NCBI GenBank assembly: GCA_903878475.1
Contig: CAIRHQ010000004.1
Span: 3,477-67,476, forward strand
Reading direction: 5' to 3'
DNA length: 64,000 nucleotides
From: an uncultured Bacteroidota bacterium
GTDB taxonomy: Bacteria; Bacteroidota; Bacteroidia; Chitinophagales; Chitinophagaceae
Under the pieces are notes generated by a model. It did no database searches. It was given only the letters and a program-made list of their open reading frames with translations, and was not told where the DNA came from. The position numbers and the translations under genes are program-made. How positions within the stretch are numbered: position 1 is the first letter of the stretch; each line of letters starts with the position of its first letter. Of the stretch, positions 8,507 through 18,212 are shown in pieces.

Positions 8507-9874
8507 TTAATGCTGATGGTGATGTTGCATGGCATTCAGTTCATCGGCCGTAACTTCTTTTTCTTTGGCCTTCACCTGCCCTTCCACCCAGCTGAATAAT
8601 TTTTCAGTGATCAGGCGGCGATAACTGCTGTCCACCTGCTTTTCATCCTTCATCATCCGGTCGATATAACTTTCGATCCAGCTGGTATCTTCGCCCAAAC
8701 TGGCAGTTCCGAAATAGCGCATCACTTCTGTTTTCATATAATTGCGCAGGTCTTCATTGCTCACATCCAGGCTATTTTCTTTGATCAGTTTATCACTGAT
8801 CAGGGTCCATTTCAATTGATTGCGGAATACCGGGAACTCAGCTTCTGCCTCGGCTGGCGTTTTGGCTTGCTCGCCGCCTGTTTGTAACCAGCGGGTTAAA
8901 AATTCGGCAGGGAATTCCATTTTCGTTTCATCCAACAAGTAATGATATAATTGATCTTGTACTTGATTGCGGCTTTGTCCATCCCAATACTGCTGAATCT
9001 CTTCCTTCAACGCGGCGCGCAATTCTTCTTCTGTTTTGATGTCTTTACCCGGAAAGATCTCTTTAAAGAATGATTCATCCAGTGCCCTTTTCTCTACCAG
9101 TCCAACTTTTACAACTTCCAGATTAAATTGTTTTTTAGCGGCTTCCTGATCTTCCTTAGCATATCCAAGGTCTTCCAGTATCATGGCCAGTTTATCCTTA
9201 TCAAAAGCTTTTTCCAGTACTACAGAAACTACATCGCCTTTCTTTTTCCCTTTGAATTTTTTCTGCACAGCGGCTGTGAAATATTTCAGGATCACAGAAT
9301 TTTCTTTTGTTACTCCATCGGCAATATCTTGTCCTTCAGCACCTGCTTCCTTGAATAAAATATTGATCACATTCTCATCGTTATCGATCAGTTCAGGCTC
9401 GGTCATATTGCCCGCCTTGATCTGCATTCGGCTGATCTCATCTTCCACCATGGCATCGGTGGTTACCACCTTGTGCAGGGTTGGCTTTGCTTTCGACAGG
9501 TCGGCCAGGGTATAATCAGGTTTAAGTCCGATCTCAAATCCAAACTCATAGTCGGCCGGATTATTCATATCGATATTACTCATGTCGGTATTCAAAGGGA
9601 GGGGCTGACCGAACAGATCAGGTTTTTCTGTATTCAGGTAGGTATACAATTCTTTTTCTACTGCCTTTAGCACTTCATCTGTAAAAATGGAGGAGCCATA
9701 CATTTTTTTGATCATACCTGCCGGTACCATTCCTTTTCTAAAACCAGGGATATTGGCTGTTTTGCCGTATTCTTTCAGTTTTTTATCAAACGAAGGAAAA
9801 TAATCATCCTTGGCCAGTTTCACTGTTAACTTATCATGTAATAAACCGATGTTTTCTCTTGCTACCGTTGCCAT
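8507..9874 (-). CDS. tig: Trigger factor
   Basis: Ribosome-binding signature IPGFRKGMVP; length and layout typical of Bacteroidota Tig; downstream of tRNA-Leu. Confidence 0.92.
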   Translation of the reverse strand: MATVARENIGLLHDKLTVKLAKDDYFPSFDKKLKEYGKTANIPGFRKGMVPAGMIKKMYGSSIFTDEVLKAVEKELYTYLNTEKPDLFGQPLPLNTDMSNIDMNNPADYEFGFEIGLKPDYTLADLSKAKPTLHKVVTTDAMVEDEISRMQIKAGNMTEPELIDNDENVINILFKEAGAEGQDIADGVTKENSVILKYFTAAVQKKFKGKKKGDVVSVVLEKAFDKDKLAMILEDLGYAKEDQEAAKKQFNLEVVKVGLVEKRALDESFFKEIFPGKDIKTEEELRAALKEEIQQYWDGQSRNQVQDQLYHYLLDETKMEFPAEFLTRWLQTGGEQAKTPAEAEAEFPVFRNQLKWTLISDKLIKENSLDVSNEDLRNYMKTEVMRYFGTASLGEDTSWIESYIDRMMKDEKQVDSSYRRLITEKLFSWVEGQVKAKEKEVTADELNAMQHHHQH

Positions 9875-9986
9875 TGTATTTTGTTTACTATGTTAAAAAC
9901 GAACAAGGAACCGGGATACATGAATCTTGAAAAGTATTCAATATTCCTAGTTCCTTGCAGGGAATCCCTGTTCGGGATCCAGTTTG

Positions 9987-10068
9987 TGCGGATGATAGGG
10001 GTCGAACCTACATGCCTTACGGCGCCAGATCCTAAGTCTGGTGCGTCTGCCAATTTCGCCACATCCGC
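9987..10068 (-). tRNA. tRNA-Leu(UAG)
   Basis: Minus strand folds as GCGGATG acceptor / CATCCGC-A, GCG/CGC D-stem, CCAGA-CTTAGGA-TCTGG anticodon arm, long variable arm and GTAGG-TTCGACC-CCTAT T-arm; CCA not encoded. Confidence 0.96.
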
Positions 10069-10184
10069 TGGTGCGTTTGCTCTCGCTCAAAGCGAGACCA
10101 CATCCGCTGGTGCGTTTGCTCTCGCCCAAGGCGAGACCACATTCGCTGTTGCGTCAGTCGCTTCAACATGAAGCTACATCTGCT
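10059..10184 (-). repeat. Tandem 37-39 nt repeats made of degenerate tRNA-Leu 5'-half copies with an internal hairpin
   Basis: Units at 10059-10097 and 10098-10136 differ at 2 positions; a third diverged unit starts at 10137. Each contains (minus strand) GCGGATGTGG-hairpin-CAAACGCACCAG. Confidence 0.85.
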
Positions 10185-10193
10185 AAAGGGCTG

Positions 10194-10201
10194 CAAAAGT
10201 A
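10194..10201 (-). promoter_or_regulatory. -7 promoter element TACTTTTG for the tRNA-Leu (and possibly tig) transcript
   Basis: Exact TAnnTTTG on the minus strand just upstream of the repeat array. Confidence 0.65.
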
Positions 10202-10255
10202 AGGCATTTCATCAATACCGAAAACAGATTTGTTTCCGTAAATTCGTAACAACAG

Positions 10256-12493
10256 ATGGAGATCAGCACCGAAATATCAACCTATAACCTTAATGATGAG
10301 GACGAAAAAAAGGCCATATTAAGGCAATATCGTGGCCTGTTAAGGGTGCTCAAGCCCAAATTAAAGCCGGGAGATAAAGAATTACTGCGTACGGCTTTTG
10401 AAATGGCTGCTGAAGCCCATAAAACCATGCGCCGTAAAAGCGGGGAGCCCTATATCCTGCACCCCCTGGCCGTGGCCAAGATCTGTGTGGAAGAGATCGG
10501 ATTGGGCGTTAGGAGTACCCTTTGCGCATTACTCCATGATACGGTGGAAGATACTGATATCACGATAGAAGATATCCAGCGCGAATTTGGAATTGAAGTG
10601 GCAAAGATTGTTGACGGACTGACCAAGATTAGTACGGTAATGGATACCAACAGTACCGCTCAGGCAGAAAATTTTAAAAAGATCCTGCTCACCCTCACCG
10701 ATGACCCCAGGGTGATCCTGATAAAACTCGCGGACCGACTGCACAATATGCGCACGCTCGACAGCATGAAGCGAGAAAAACAACTTAAGATCTCGAGCGA
10801 AACCGTTTATGTATATGCCCCCCTAGCTCACCGCATGGGATTGTATACCATCAAAACAGAATTGGAAGACCTGGCCATGAAATATATGGAACCAGATACT
10901 TACCGATACATCGCACAAAAATTAACCGATACCAAAAGAGAACGCAGTAAATACATCAATGATTTTATCCGACCGGTAAAAGAAAAACTGGAAAAAGCTG
11001 ATTTCGATTTTGATATTTATGGCCGGCCAAAAAGCATCCATTCCATCTGGACCAAGATGAAAAAAAAGGGTGTAAGCTTTGAAGAAGTGTACGACCTTTT
11101 CGCCATCCGCATATTGGTGAACTCATCACTGGAAAAAGAAAAAGAAGATTGCTGGAAAGTTTATAGCATCATCACCGATGAATACACGCCATCGCCTGAA
11201 AGACTGCGCGACTGGCTCAGCAATCCGAAAAGCAATGGATATGAAGCCCTGCATACTACCGTGATGGGACCACAGGGAAAATGGGTGGAAGTACAGATAC
11301 GCACCATGCGGATGAATGAAATTGCTGAAAAAGGATTGGCCGCCCACTGGAAATACAAAGAAGGCAAGGATGATGAAAGCCGCTTCGACAAATGGTTTCA
11401 TCAGATACGAGAAGCCCTCAGCAACCAGGATGAAAATTCGATCGACTTTTTACAGGATTTTAAAACCTCCTTCCTTGCTGAAGAAATTTATGTGTACACA
11501 CCAAAGGGAGAAGTTAAAATGTTGCCCATTGGCGCCACGGCACTTGATTTTGCATTCAGCGTGCATACGGCAGTGGGTAGTAAATGTATCGGCGCCAAAG
11601 TAAATCATAAACTGGTACCCATCAGTTATAAACTGAGAAGTGGCGACCAGATCGAGATCATCACCAGTGCCAAACAAAAGCCTAACACAGAATGGCTCAA
11701 TTTTGTGGTGACCAGTAAGGCAAAATCGAAGATCAAAGACACTTTAAAAGAAGAAAAAAGACATATTGCTGAAGAAGGAAAATATACCCTGCAACGCAAA
11801 CTGGAAGGCATGGGTGCCAGCATGAGCCATAGCAATCTGGAAGAACTGGCGGCCTTCTATAAAGTAAACTCATCGCTCGACCTGCTATATGAAATTGCCA
11901 TCAAGAAAATTGACCTGAAAGAACTGAAAGAATTCACCACCTCAGGTGAAAAATTGATCGCGCCCAAACCCATCAAACCCGTACCGGAAGAAAAGCCAGA
12001 AGTCGATATCACATCCAGGCCCTACAATAAAAAAGATGCAGAGCTTATCATCTTCGGAGAAAGTAGCGACCGCATCCAATACACGCTGGCCAATTGTTGC
12101 AAACCCATTCCGGGTGATGATGTGTTTGGATTTGTTACTACCGGGGAAGGACTGAAGATCCATCGTACCAATTGTCCAAATGCCGCCCGCTTACTCTCCA
12201 ATTACGGACATCGTGTTGTAAAAACTAAATGGGCCAAGAATAAAGAGATCTCTTTCCTTACGGGTTTAAAGATTATCGGATTGGATGATGTGGGCGTGAT
12301 CCATAAGATCACCAACCTCATCAGTGGTGAGCTTCGGTTCAATATTTCGGCCATGACCATTGAAGCCAAGGAAGGTATTTTTCAGGGAAATGTAAAAATA
12401 TTTGTGCACGATAAAGACGAACTGGATGAATTGGTAAACCGCCTGATCGCTTTACCGGGTATTGAGCGGGTAGACCGTTATGATACTGAATAA
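10256..12493 (+). CDS. relA: Long bifunctional RelA/SpoT (p)ppGpp synthetase/hydrolase
   Basis: Hydrolase motifs HPL, LLHDTVED and IKLADRLHN; synthetase motifs RPKS, NGYEALH and EVQIRT; TGS, CC and ACT domains. Confidence 0.95.
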   Translation: MEISTEISTYNLNDEDEKKAILRQYRGLLRVLKPKLKPGDKELLRTAFEMAAEAHKTMRRKSGEPYILHPLAVAKICVEEIGLGVRSTLCALLHDTVEDTDITIEDIQREFGIEVAKIVDGLTKISTVMDTNSTAQAENFKKILLTLTDDPRVILIKLADRLHNMRTLDSMKREKQLKISSETVYVYAPLAHRMGLYTIKTELEDLAMKYMEPDTYRYIAQKLTDTKRERSKYINDFIRPVKEKLEKADFDFDIYGRPKSIHSIWTKMKKKGVSFEEVYDLFAIRILVNSSLEKEKEDCWKVYSIITDEYTPSPERLRDWLSNPKSNGYEALHTTVMGPQGKWVEVQIRTMRMNEIAEKGLAAHWKYKEGKDDESRFDKWFHQIREALSNQDENSIDFLQDFKTSFLAEEIYVYTPKGEVKMLPIGATALDFAFSVHTAVGSKCIGAKVNHKLVPISYKLRSGDQIEIITSAKQKPNTEWLNFVVTSKAKSKIKDTLKEEKRHIAEEGKYTLQRKLEGMGASMSHSNLEELAAFYKVNSSLDLLYEIAIKKIDLKELKEFTTSGEKLIAPKPIKPVPEEKPEVDITSRPYNKKDAELIIFGESSDRIQYTLANCCKPIPGDDVFGFVTTGEGLKIHRTNCPNAARLLSNYGHRVVKTKWAKNKEISFLTGLKIIGLDDVGVIHKITNLISGELRFNISAMTIEAKEGIFQGNVKIFVHDKDELDELVNRLIALPGIERVDRYDTE

Positions 12494-12558
12494 TTTCTGC
12501 TACATATCGATTCTCATAAAATAACTAATATTGACACTCATTCTTAAATCAACAAACC

Positions 12559-12888
12559 ATGCAAGAACTCATTAACCGTCTTATTGAAAAAGCAAATATC
12601 ACTGAAGAACAAGCAAAACATGCTGTCAATACCATCAAGGATTTTGTAAAAGAAAAATTTCCAATGCTGGAAGGTGCTGTAGAAAATATGTTTGCTTCAA
12701 AACCTGAAAATAATGACGCTCCCAAACAGGCATCGGGCAATGTAATGGACAAGATCAGTGAGTTGATACCCGGACAAACCGGCGAAAAAGTGGAAGCCTT
12801 TGCCAAAGAAGCCGTGAATAAAGCGGAAGAAGTATTTGATAACCTCAAAGACAAATTGAATGAGGTGATCCACAGTGAAAAAAAATAA
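12559..12888 (+). CDS. Small hypothetical protein (109 aa, helical, acidic)
   Basis: Clean ORF with AT-rich leader and its own terminator; N-terminus resembles small conserved Bacteroidota proteins. Confidence 0.7.
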   Translation: MQELINRLIEKANITEEQAKHAVNTIKDFVKEKFPMLEGAVENMFASKPENNDAPKQASGNVMDKISELIPGQTGEKVEAFAKEAVNKAEEVFDNLKDKLNEVIHSEKK

Positions 12889-12903
12889 TGAATGCTATTC
12901 ATC

Positions 12904-12935
12904 AAAAGGCCGGTTCAATGATTGAACCGGCCTTT
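12904..12935. terminator. Bidirectional intrinsic terminator
   Basis: AAAGGCCGGTTCAA-TGA-TTGAACCGGCCTTT perfect stem between convergent genes. Confidence 0.85.
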
Positions 12936-12956
12936 ATATTTTTTGCAACTTAATAA

Positions 12957-14096
12957 TTAACGCAATACTTCCCTGCTGATGACCAACTTCTGAATTTCGC
13001 TGGTTCCTTCCCCAATGGTACACAATTTACTATCCCGGTAAAATTTCTCCACCGGAAAATCTTTCGTGTATCCGTAACCGCCAAATATCTGAACGGCATC
13101 TGTACTAACTTTTACCGATACTTCACTGGCATAATATTTTGCCATGGCAGCTTCCTTGGTCATGGGTAAGCCCTGCATCTTCAGGTAACAGGCCTGGTTG
13201 ATGAGCAATTCTGCCGCAGCAATTTCGGTAGCCATATCGGCCAGTTTGAAACTGATGCCCTGAAACTGAGCAATGGGTTTATCAAACTGATATCGCTCCT
13301 GCGCATATTGTAAGGCCGCTTCATAAGCACCTTTGGCAATACCCAAACTCAGTGCTGCAATGGATATGCGCCCGCCGTCCAATACTTTCATGCTTTGTTT
13401 AAAACCTGATCCAACTTCGCCCATGCGTTGAGTATCCGGAATGCGACAGTTATCGAAGATCATCTCGGTAGTTTCGCTTGCCCGCATACCCAGTTTATTT
13501 TCCTTTTTTCCGGCCTGGAAACCAGGAGTACCACGGTCAACTATAAACGCAGTTGAATTATCTTTTGCCCTGGGCTCTCCGGTACGACAAACCACTACGG
13601 CCACATCACCGGTTTTGCCATGGGTGATCCAGCATTTGGTACCATTCAGGATCCAATGGTCGCCGTCTTTCACGGCGGTAGTTTTCATATTGCCTGCATC
13701 ACTGCCGGTATTGGCTTCGGTGAGGCCCCATGCACCTATGTATTCGGCACTGGCTAGTTTGGGTAAATATTTTTGCTTTTGTACTTCGTTTCCGAAAGCC
13801 AGAATATGACCTGTACAAAGTGAATTGTGGGCAGCCAATGAAAGTCCGATGGACCCGCATACCTTGGCAATTTCCTGAATGATGGCACTGTATTCAAGAT
13901 AACTTAATCCGCTGCCTCCATAGGCTTCAGGAACCAATACACCCATCAATCCCAGTTCGCCCATTTGCTTGAACACCGCAAGTGGAAACTCCTGCGATTC
14001 GTCCCATTCCATGATATGTGGCTTAATATGCTGCGCGGCGAAGTCCCGGGCAGTTTGAGCTACCTGCTGGGTAAGCTCACTTGTGGTAAAATTCAT
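12957..14096 (-). CDS. Acyl-CoA dehydrogenase
   Basis: GAWGLTEANTGSD, WILNGTKCWIT, KLGMRAS, QIFGGYGY and IGEGTSEIQ; start MNFTT at 14096. Confidence 0.93.
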   Translation of the reverse strand: MNFTTSELTQQVAQTARDFAAQHIKPHIMEWDESQEFPLAVFKQMGELGLMGVLVPEAYGGSGLSYLEYSAIIQEIAKVCGSIGLSLAAHNSLCTGHILAFGNEVQKQKYLPKLASAEYIGAWGLTEANTGSDAGNMKTTAVKDGDHWILNGTKCWITHGKTGDVAVVVCRTGEPRAKDNSTAFIVDRGTPGFQAGKKENKLGMRASETTEMIFDNCRIPDTQRMGEVGSGFKQSMKVLDGGRISIAALSLGIAKGAYEAALQYAQERYQFDKPIAQFQGISFKLADMATEIAAAELLINQACYLKMQGLPMTKEAAMAKYYASEVSVKVSTDAVQIFGGYGYTKDFPVEKFYRDSKLCTIGEGTSEIQKLVISREVLR

Positions 14097-14156
14097 AATT
14101 GGCAATCGTTAAGGCTGCAAATTAGTAATTTTTAACGCACTTCGGCTCGTTAGTTT

Positions 14157-15110
14157 TTATTGCACCGTAAGATAAGGTGCCAGCTTAGCATAGAGCGGTT
14201 CAGTAACGATCATGATCTTTTTGATGTCGGCGATATCCGCAAATGTTCCATGTGTGTTTCGGTATTGCAGCAAAGCGTTTCCCAATGCGTACCGAATATA
14301 GGGATGCGCTTTTAGTTCATCAATACCGGCAGTATTGATATTGATTTTTTTAACGGGAACATTTCCGATAAGCAATCGGTTTCGGATCTTTTGAAAAACA
14401 GAATCAGGGAGTGCAAAGGTTTCTGCCAGTTGGTCGATATTGTAAAAACCACCCAGTTTTTCCCGGAAGGCAATGATGCGGTTGGCCAGCCGGCTACCAA
14501 TACCTGGCAAGGCAATAAAGGCGGTAGAATCCGCTGTATTGATATCAATGGTTATTAGCTTTTTTTCATAAACTGGTCGGGTAAATAACGCTGAATCCCT
14601 TATTCGTTGGGGGTTTCCGGCATCCTTATTTTTGATGCTTACAAAAGGCAGAAGTCTTTTTACATCATTTTCTGACAGCCCCCATACCTTACCAATATCT
14701 TCCGGTTTTTTAAAACTACCTCCTTTGGAAAGATAATGTTGTATGGTTTGAATGGTTTTATCCCTTAACCCAAGTCTTTGCCATCCTTCGGCAGTGATGG
14801 TATTGGGGTCAAAATAAAATAATTCGCCCGGCCGGCTCGTTTGATATTGATTGGTTTCATTCCATGTTTTACCCCCTGAAGTATTTCTACCATAATACCG
14901 GTTTGGATGCTGGGTACTGTCAGACTGCCTGATGGTTAATCCACTGATCGCTTTTTCAAAATCTGAGTTTGCCGTTTTTCTTTCCGGCAGCAGATATGGA
15001 AACAACAGGGGCAAGCCGGTGAGTAGCAGGATCACCAACACTATAACGATAATGCCTGTACGCTCTTTACGGGTGAAGGAGAAATATTCGGATGCGGGTT
15101 TTTTGGCCAT
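14157..15110 (-). CDS. Helix-hairpin-helix (ComEA-like) membrane-anchored DNA-binding protein
   Basis: N-terminal TM (ERTGIIVIVLV), FDPNTIT, IDINTADS-LPGIG and ININTA HhH repeats. Confidence 0.85.
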   Translation of the reverse strand: MAKKPASEYFSFTRKERTGIIVIVLVILLLTGLPLLFPYLLPERKTANSDFEKAISGLTIRQSDSTQHPNRYYGRNTSGGKTWNETNQYQTSRPGELFYFDPNTITAEGWQRLGLRDKTIQTIQHYLSKGGSFKKPEDIGKVWGLSENDVKRLLPFVSIKNKDAGNPQRIRDSALFTRPVYEKKLITIDINTADSTAFIALPGIGSRLANRIIAFREKLGGFYNIDQLAETFALPDSVFQKIRNRLLIGNVPVKKININTAGIDELKAHPYIRYALGNALLQYRNTHGTFADIADIKKIMIVTEPLYAKLAPYLTVQ

Positions 15111-15189
15111 GGTTGATCCACACAAAATAGGCCGTATGCTTAATTACACCAAGTGAAAAAGATCAGAAAAAAAGAGGATTTTCTTTTCA

Positions 15190-15969
15190 TCAGTTGAAGT
15201 ACAATTCCATCCCATCCCAGGCCAGTTCCATGCCGGCAGGTAATTCATCATTGATCTCGGTATGGCGGCCCAACTGGTGACTGATATGTGTAAAATAGGC
15301 ACGGGGTATTCCTAATTCCTGCACAATGGCTACGGCCTCGTCGAGGGTGTAATGCGAAATATGTTTGGCCTGACGAAGTGCATTCAACACCATCGCCTCA
15401 CTGCCTTTTATTTTTTCCATTTCCGATGCATCAATCCGGTTAGCATCGGTGATATACGTGAATTTGCCAAAGCGGAATCCGAGTACCGGCATATTCATAT
15501 GCCAAACCAGGATGGGCTGCACCGGTATATCGCCGATCATGAATGGCTCTTCTGCAATATCAACAAGTTCAATTTCCGGAACGCCGGGATACTTTTTTTC
15601 GGAGAACACATAAGAAAATTCTTTTTTCAGTCCGGCCTGCGTAAGTGCATTGGCATACACTTGCATGGGCTGTTGCTGAAAAAAATTGAAGGCCCGTATA
15701 TCATCCAACCCGGCTACATGATCTTTATGCGGATGGGTAAACAACACTGCATGTAATCTTTTCACGCCGGCCCTCAACATCTGATACCGAAAATCGGGGG
15801 TAGTATCAATCACAAAAGATGTGGCTTCACTTTCCACCAGAATACTGCTGCGCAAACGCTTATCTTTTGTATCCGCAGAACTGCATACCGCACAATCGCA
15901 GGCGATCATGGGCACACCACTACTGGTACCGGTTCCAAGAAATGTTATTTTAAGCGGGGGACATTGCAC
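15190..15969 (-). CDS. MBL-fold metallo-hydrolase (PhnP-like)
   Basis: FLGTGTSSGVP, HPHKDHVAGLDD (HxHxDH) and HISH. Confidence 0.9.
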   Translation of the reverse strand: MQCPPLKITFLGTGTSSGVPMIACDCAVCSSADTKDKRLRSSILVESEATSFVIDTTPDFRYQMLRAGVKRLHAVLFTHPHKDHVAGLDDIRAFNFFQQQPMQVYANALTQAGLKKEFSYVFSEKKYPGVPEIELVDIAEEPFMIGDIPVQPILVWHMNMPVLGFRFGKFTYITDANRIDASEMEKIKGSEAMVLNALRQAKHISHYTLDEAVAIVQELGIPRAYFTHISHQLGRHTEINDELPAGMELAWDGMELYFN

Positions 15970-16060
15970 CGTACAAAAATAAGCATAATAGTGCTTGAGA
16001 AAATCTGGGAGATTTGCTTATTTACGCAGGAGTCATTTGTGTTTGTTGCTGATCGGAAGC

Positions 16061-16327
16061 TTATGTAGTTTGTACACTCATTACTTCTTCGTACATCTTC
16101 TGACTTTCATGTGTCAGTGCATCAAAATTAATATGGAGCTGGGGCATCAGGTCGATCAATACATTGATCCGGCCTTCCGTTTGGAAGAATTTATTAAGCA
16201 CCACCACTTTCCGTTCCTGCAAAATACAATACCCGCTTTGAAAAGAACCCCTTTCATAACGGATGATATAACCGCTTTCTTCAACGATCTTTTCTATTTT
16301 GTCTAAAACGTGCTGTGTATATTTCAT
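16061..16327 (-). CDS. Conserved Bacteroidota hypothetical protein (88 aa)
   Basis: YIIRYERGSFQSGYCILQERKVVVLNKF resembles a conserved small Bacteroidota family; co-oriented with porX and the MBL gene. Confidence 0.7.
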   Translation of the reverse strand: MKYTQHVLDKIEKIVEESGYIIRYERGSFQSGYCILQERKVVVLNKFFQTEGRINVLIDLMPQLHINFDALTHESQKMYEEVMSVQTT

Positions 16328-16445
16328 GCCTGATTGCCTATTGAGATATGCTATTGTGTCAATTCATCTGCAACTTCCTTCAATCGCAAGGGAATAAAAA
16401 ATAAGTTTCTCCACAATCGTGAATAAATTTTTATCCGCTTTCCCA

Positions 16446-18002
16446 TTACTTGTTCGTTAGCCTGATGACCGGAACGATCATCTCTTCCAAACTGATGCCC
16501 CCATGCTGAAACGTATTGCGGTAATAATTGGCAAAATGATTATAATTATTGGGATAACAGAGATACAGATCACCCTTGGCAAAAATAAAAGAGGAATTTA
16601 CATTGGGAACCGGCAAGCCCGCTTCCCTGGGATCGCGGAATGCCAATACTTCCTTGGCCTCATAGTTCAAATTACGACCATGTTTGTACCGAAGGTTGGC
16701 TGTTGTTTGTTTGTCGCCTATCACCTTCGCCGGGTTTTTCACCCGCACGCTTCCATGGTCGGTAGCCACGATCATCGTCAATTTTTTATCGGCTATTTTC
16801 TTCAGTGCCTGATGCAGTGGCGAATGTTCAAACCAGCTTTGGGTAATGCTTCTGTAACTGGTTTCATCGCCGGCCAGTTCTTTCAATACTTCCATTTCTG
16901 TACGGGCATGACTGAGCATATCCACAAAATTGTACACGATCACGTTCAGGTCGTTCTGCATCATGTTATGCATATTGTCGACCAGCTTTTGTCCATCATG
17001 ATTATTCGTGATCTTGGTATAAGAATATTTCAGATCTCCCTTACCCAGTCTTTTTAATTGCGCTTTTAAGAACTCTTCTTCAAACATATTCTTTCCTCCC
17101 TCCTCATCATCATTTTTCCATTGAACCGGAAATTGTTTTTCAATATCGATCGGCATCAATCCGGCAAAGATGGCGTTACGGGCATATTGTGTAGCCGTAG
17201 GCAGGATGGCATAAAATGTTTCTTCTTCCTGTATACGGAAACTTTCTGCGAAGATGGGCTGAATGGTCTTCCACTGATCGAACCGCAGGTTATCGATCAA
17301 TACAAAAAATAAAGGGGTGCCTTTTTCCAGATGGGGCAATACTTTATACTTCAGCAGGGTATGGCTCATGATGGGCCCATCGATACTTTTAGGATTTACC
17401 CAAGAAGCATAATTCTTTGAAATGAATTTGAAGAATTCGGTATTGGCTTCAGATTTTTGTGATTGAAATACTTCCTGCATTTCGGGACTATCACTTTTTT
17501 TCATCTCCAGTTCCCAGTACACCAGTTTGCGATAGATTTCCATCCACTCATTATAATTGGGATTGCTGTTGAGCGCCATGAACAGGCTTCTGAATTCCTG
17601 CTGATAGGCGGAAGTGGTTTTTTCTGCCACCAACCGTTTATTATCGATGATCTTCTTTAAACTCAGCCAAACCTGGTTGGGGTTTACGGGTTTGATCAGG
17701 TAATCGCTGATCTGTGAGCCAATGGCCTCATCCATCAGGTTCTCTGCTTCATTTTTGGTGATCAGCACTACTGGCAAATTGCTGTTGATCTCTTTGATCT
17801 GTTGCAGGGTTTGCAAGCCGGTAATGCCCGGCATGGTTTCATCCATCAGCACTACATCTACAATATTGTCTTTTACAAATTCAACAGCATCAAAACCATT
17901 GGTCTTGGTTTCTACTGAATATCCCTTGTTTTCGAGGAACATGATCTGCGAGGTAAGACTGTCAATCTCATCATCAACCCAAAGAATCTTAGCAATACTC
18001 AT
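16446..18002 (-). CDS. porX: Response regulator with PglZ phosphodiesterase domain (T9SS regulator PorX)
   Basis: Receiver domain (WVDDE, MDETMPG, TK), PglZ motifs IDNLRFDQW, LPTATQYARN, TDHG and FQHGGISLEEM. Confidence 0.92.
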   Translation of the reverse strand: MSIAKILWVDDEIDSLTSQIMFLENKGYSVETKTNGFDAVEFVKDNIVDVVLMDETMPGITGLQTLQQIKEINSNLPVVLITKNEAENLMDEAIGSQISDYLIKPVNPNQVWLSLKKIIDNKRLVAEKTTSAYQQEFRSLFMALNSNPNYNEWMEIYRKLVYWELEMKKSDSPEMQEVFQSQKSEANTEFFKFISKNYASWVNPKSIDGPIMSHTLLKYKVLPHLEKGTPLFFVLIDNLRFDQWKTIQPIFAESFRIQEEETFYAILPTATQYARNAIFAGLMPIDIEKQFPVQWKNDDEEGGKNMFEEEFLKAQLKRLGKGDLKYSYTKITNNHDGQKLVDNMHNMMQNDLNVIVYNFVDMLSHARTEMEVLKELAGDETSYRSITQSWFEHSPLHQALKKIADKKLTMIVATDHGSVRVKNPAKVIGDKQTTANLRYKHGRNLNYEAKEVLAFRDPREAGLPVPNVNSSFIFAKGDLYLCYPNNYNHFANYYRNTFQHGGISLEEMIVPVIRLTNK

Positions 18003-18212
18003 ACGCTTGTCAGTTTAATTATCTGTTGAGGAATTTTCCCCCATACTTGATAGGGTGGAGCTACACCGTGATGCACTACTTTAAAGCCATATTTCGGCCC
18101 TTGCTACAAATTTAATTTTTTAAGATATAGCTTAGTAGCTTTGTACCACTTTGTGTATCTTTTAACAAAACGAACCGGTGATGAAGATACACCCAACAAC
18201 AAACAACTTATC

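Noticed and set aside
9987-10068. tRNA-Leu as the integration site of a genomic island
   Set aside because: No integrase, no distant duplicate of the tRNA 3' end seen, and both flanks are core genes (tig, relA).
9862-10171. ORFs spanning the tRNA and repeats (9862-10062, 9881-10171, 9947-10129)
   Set aside because: They overlap a canonical tRNA; the apparent peptide repeats only reflect the DNA repeat.
10059-10184. Repeat array as a possible CRISPR
   Set aside because: No unique spacers, only three units, repeats derive from the tRNA, and no cas genes in the window.
16345-16440. 31-codon ORF (MGKRIKIYSRL...) just downstream of porX on the minus strand
   Set aside because: No recognisable features; overlaps a probable promoter region of the next gene; not supportable without conservation data.
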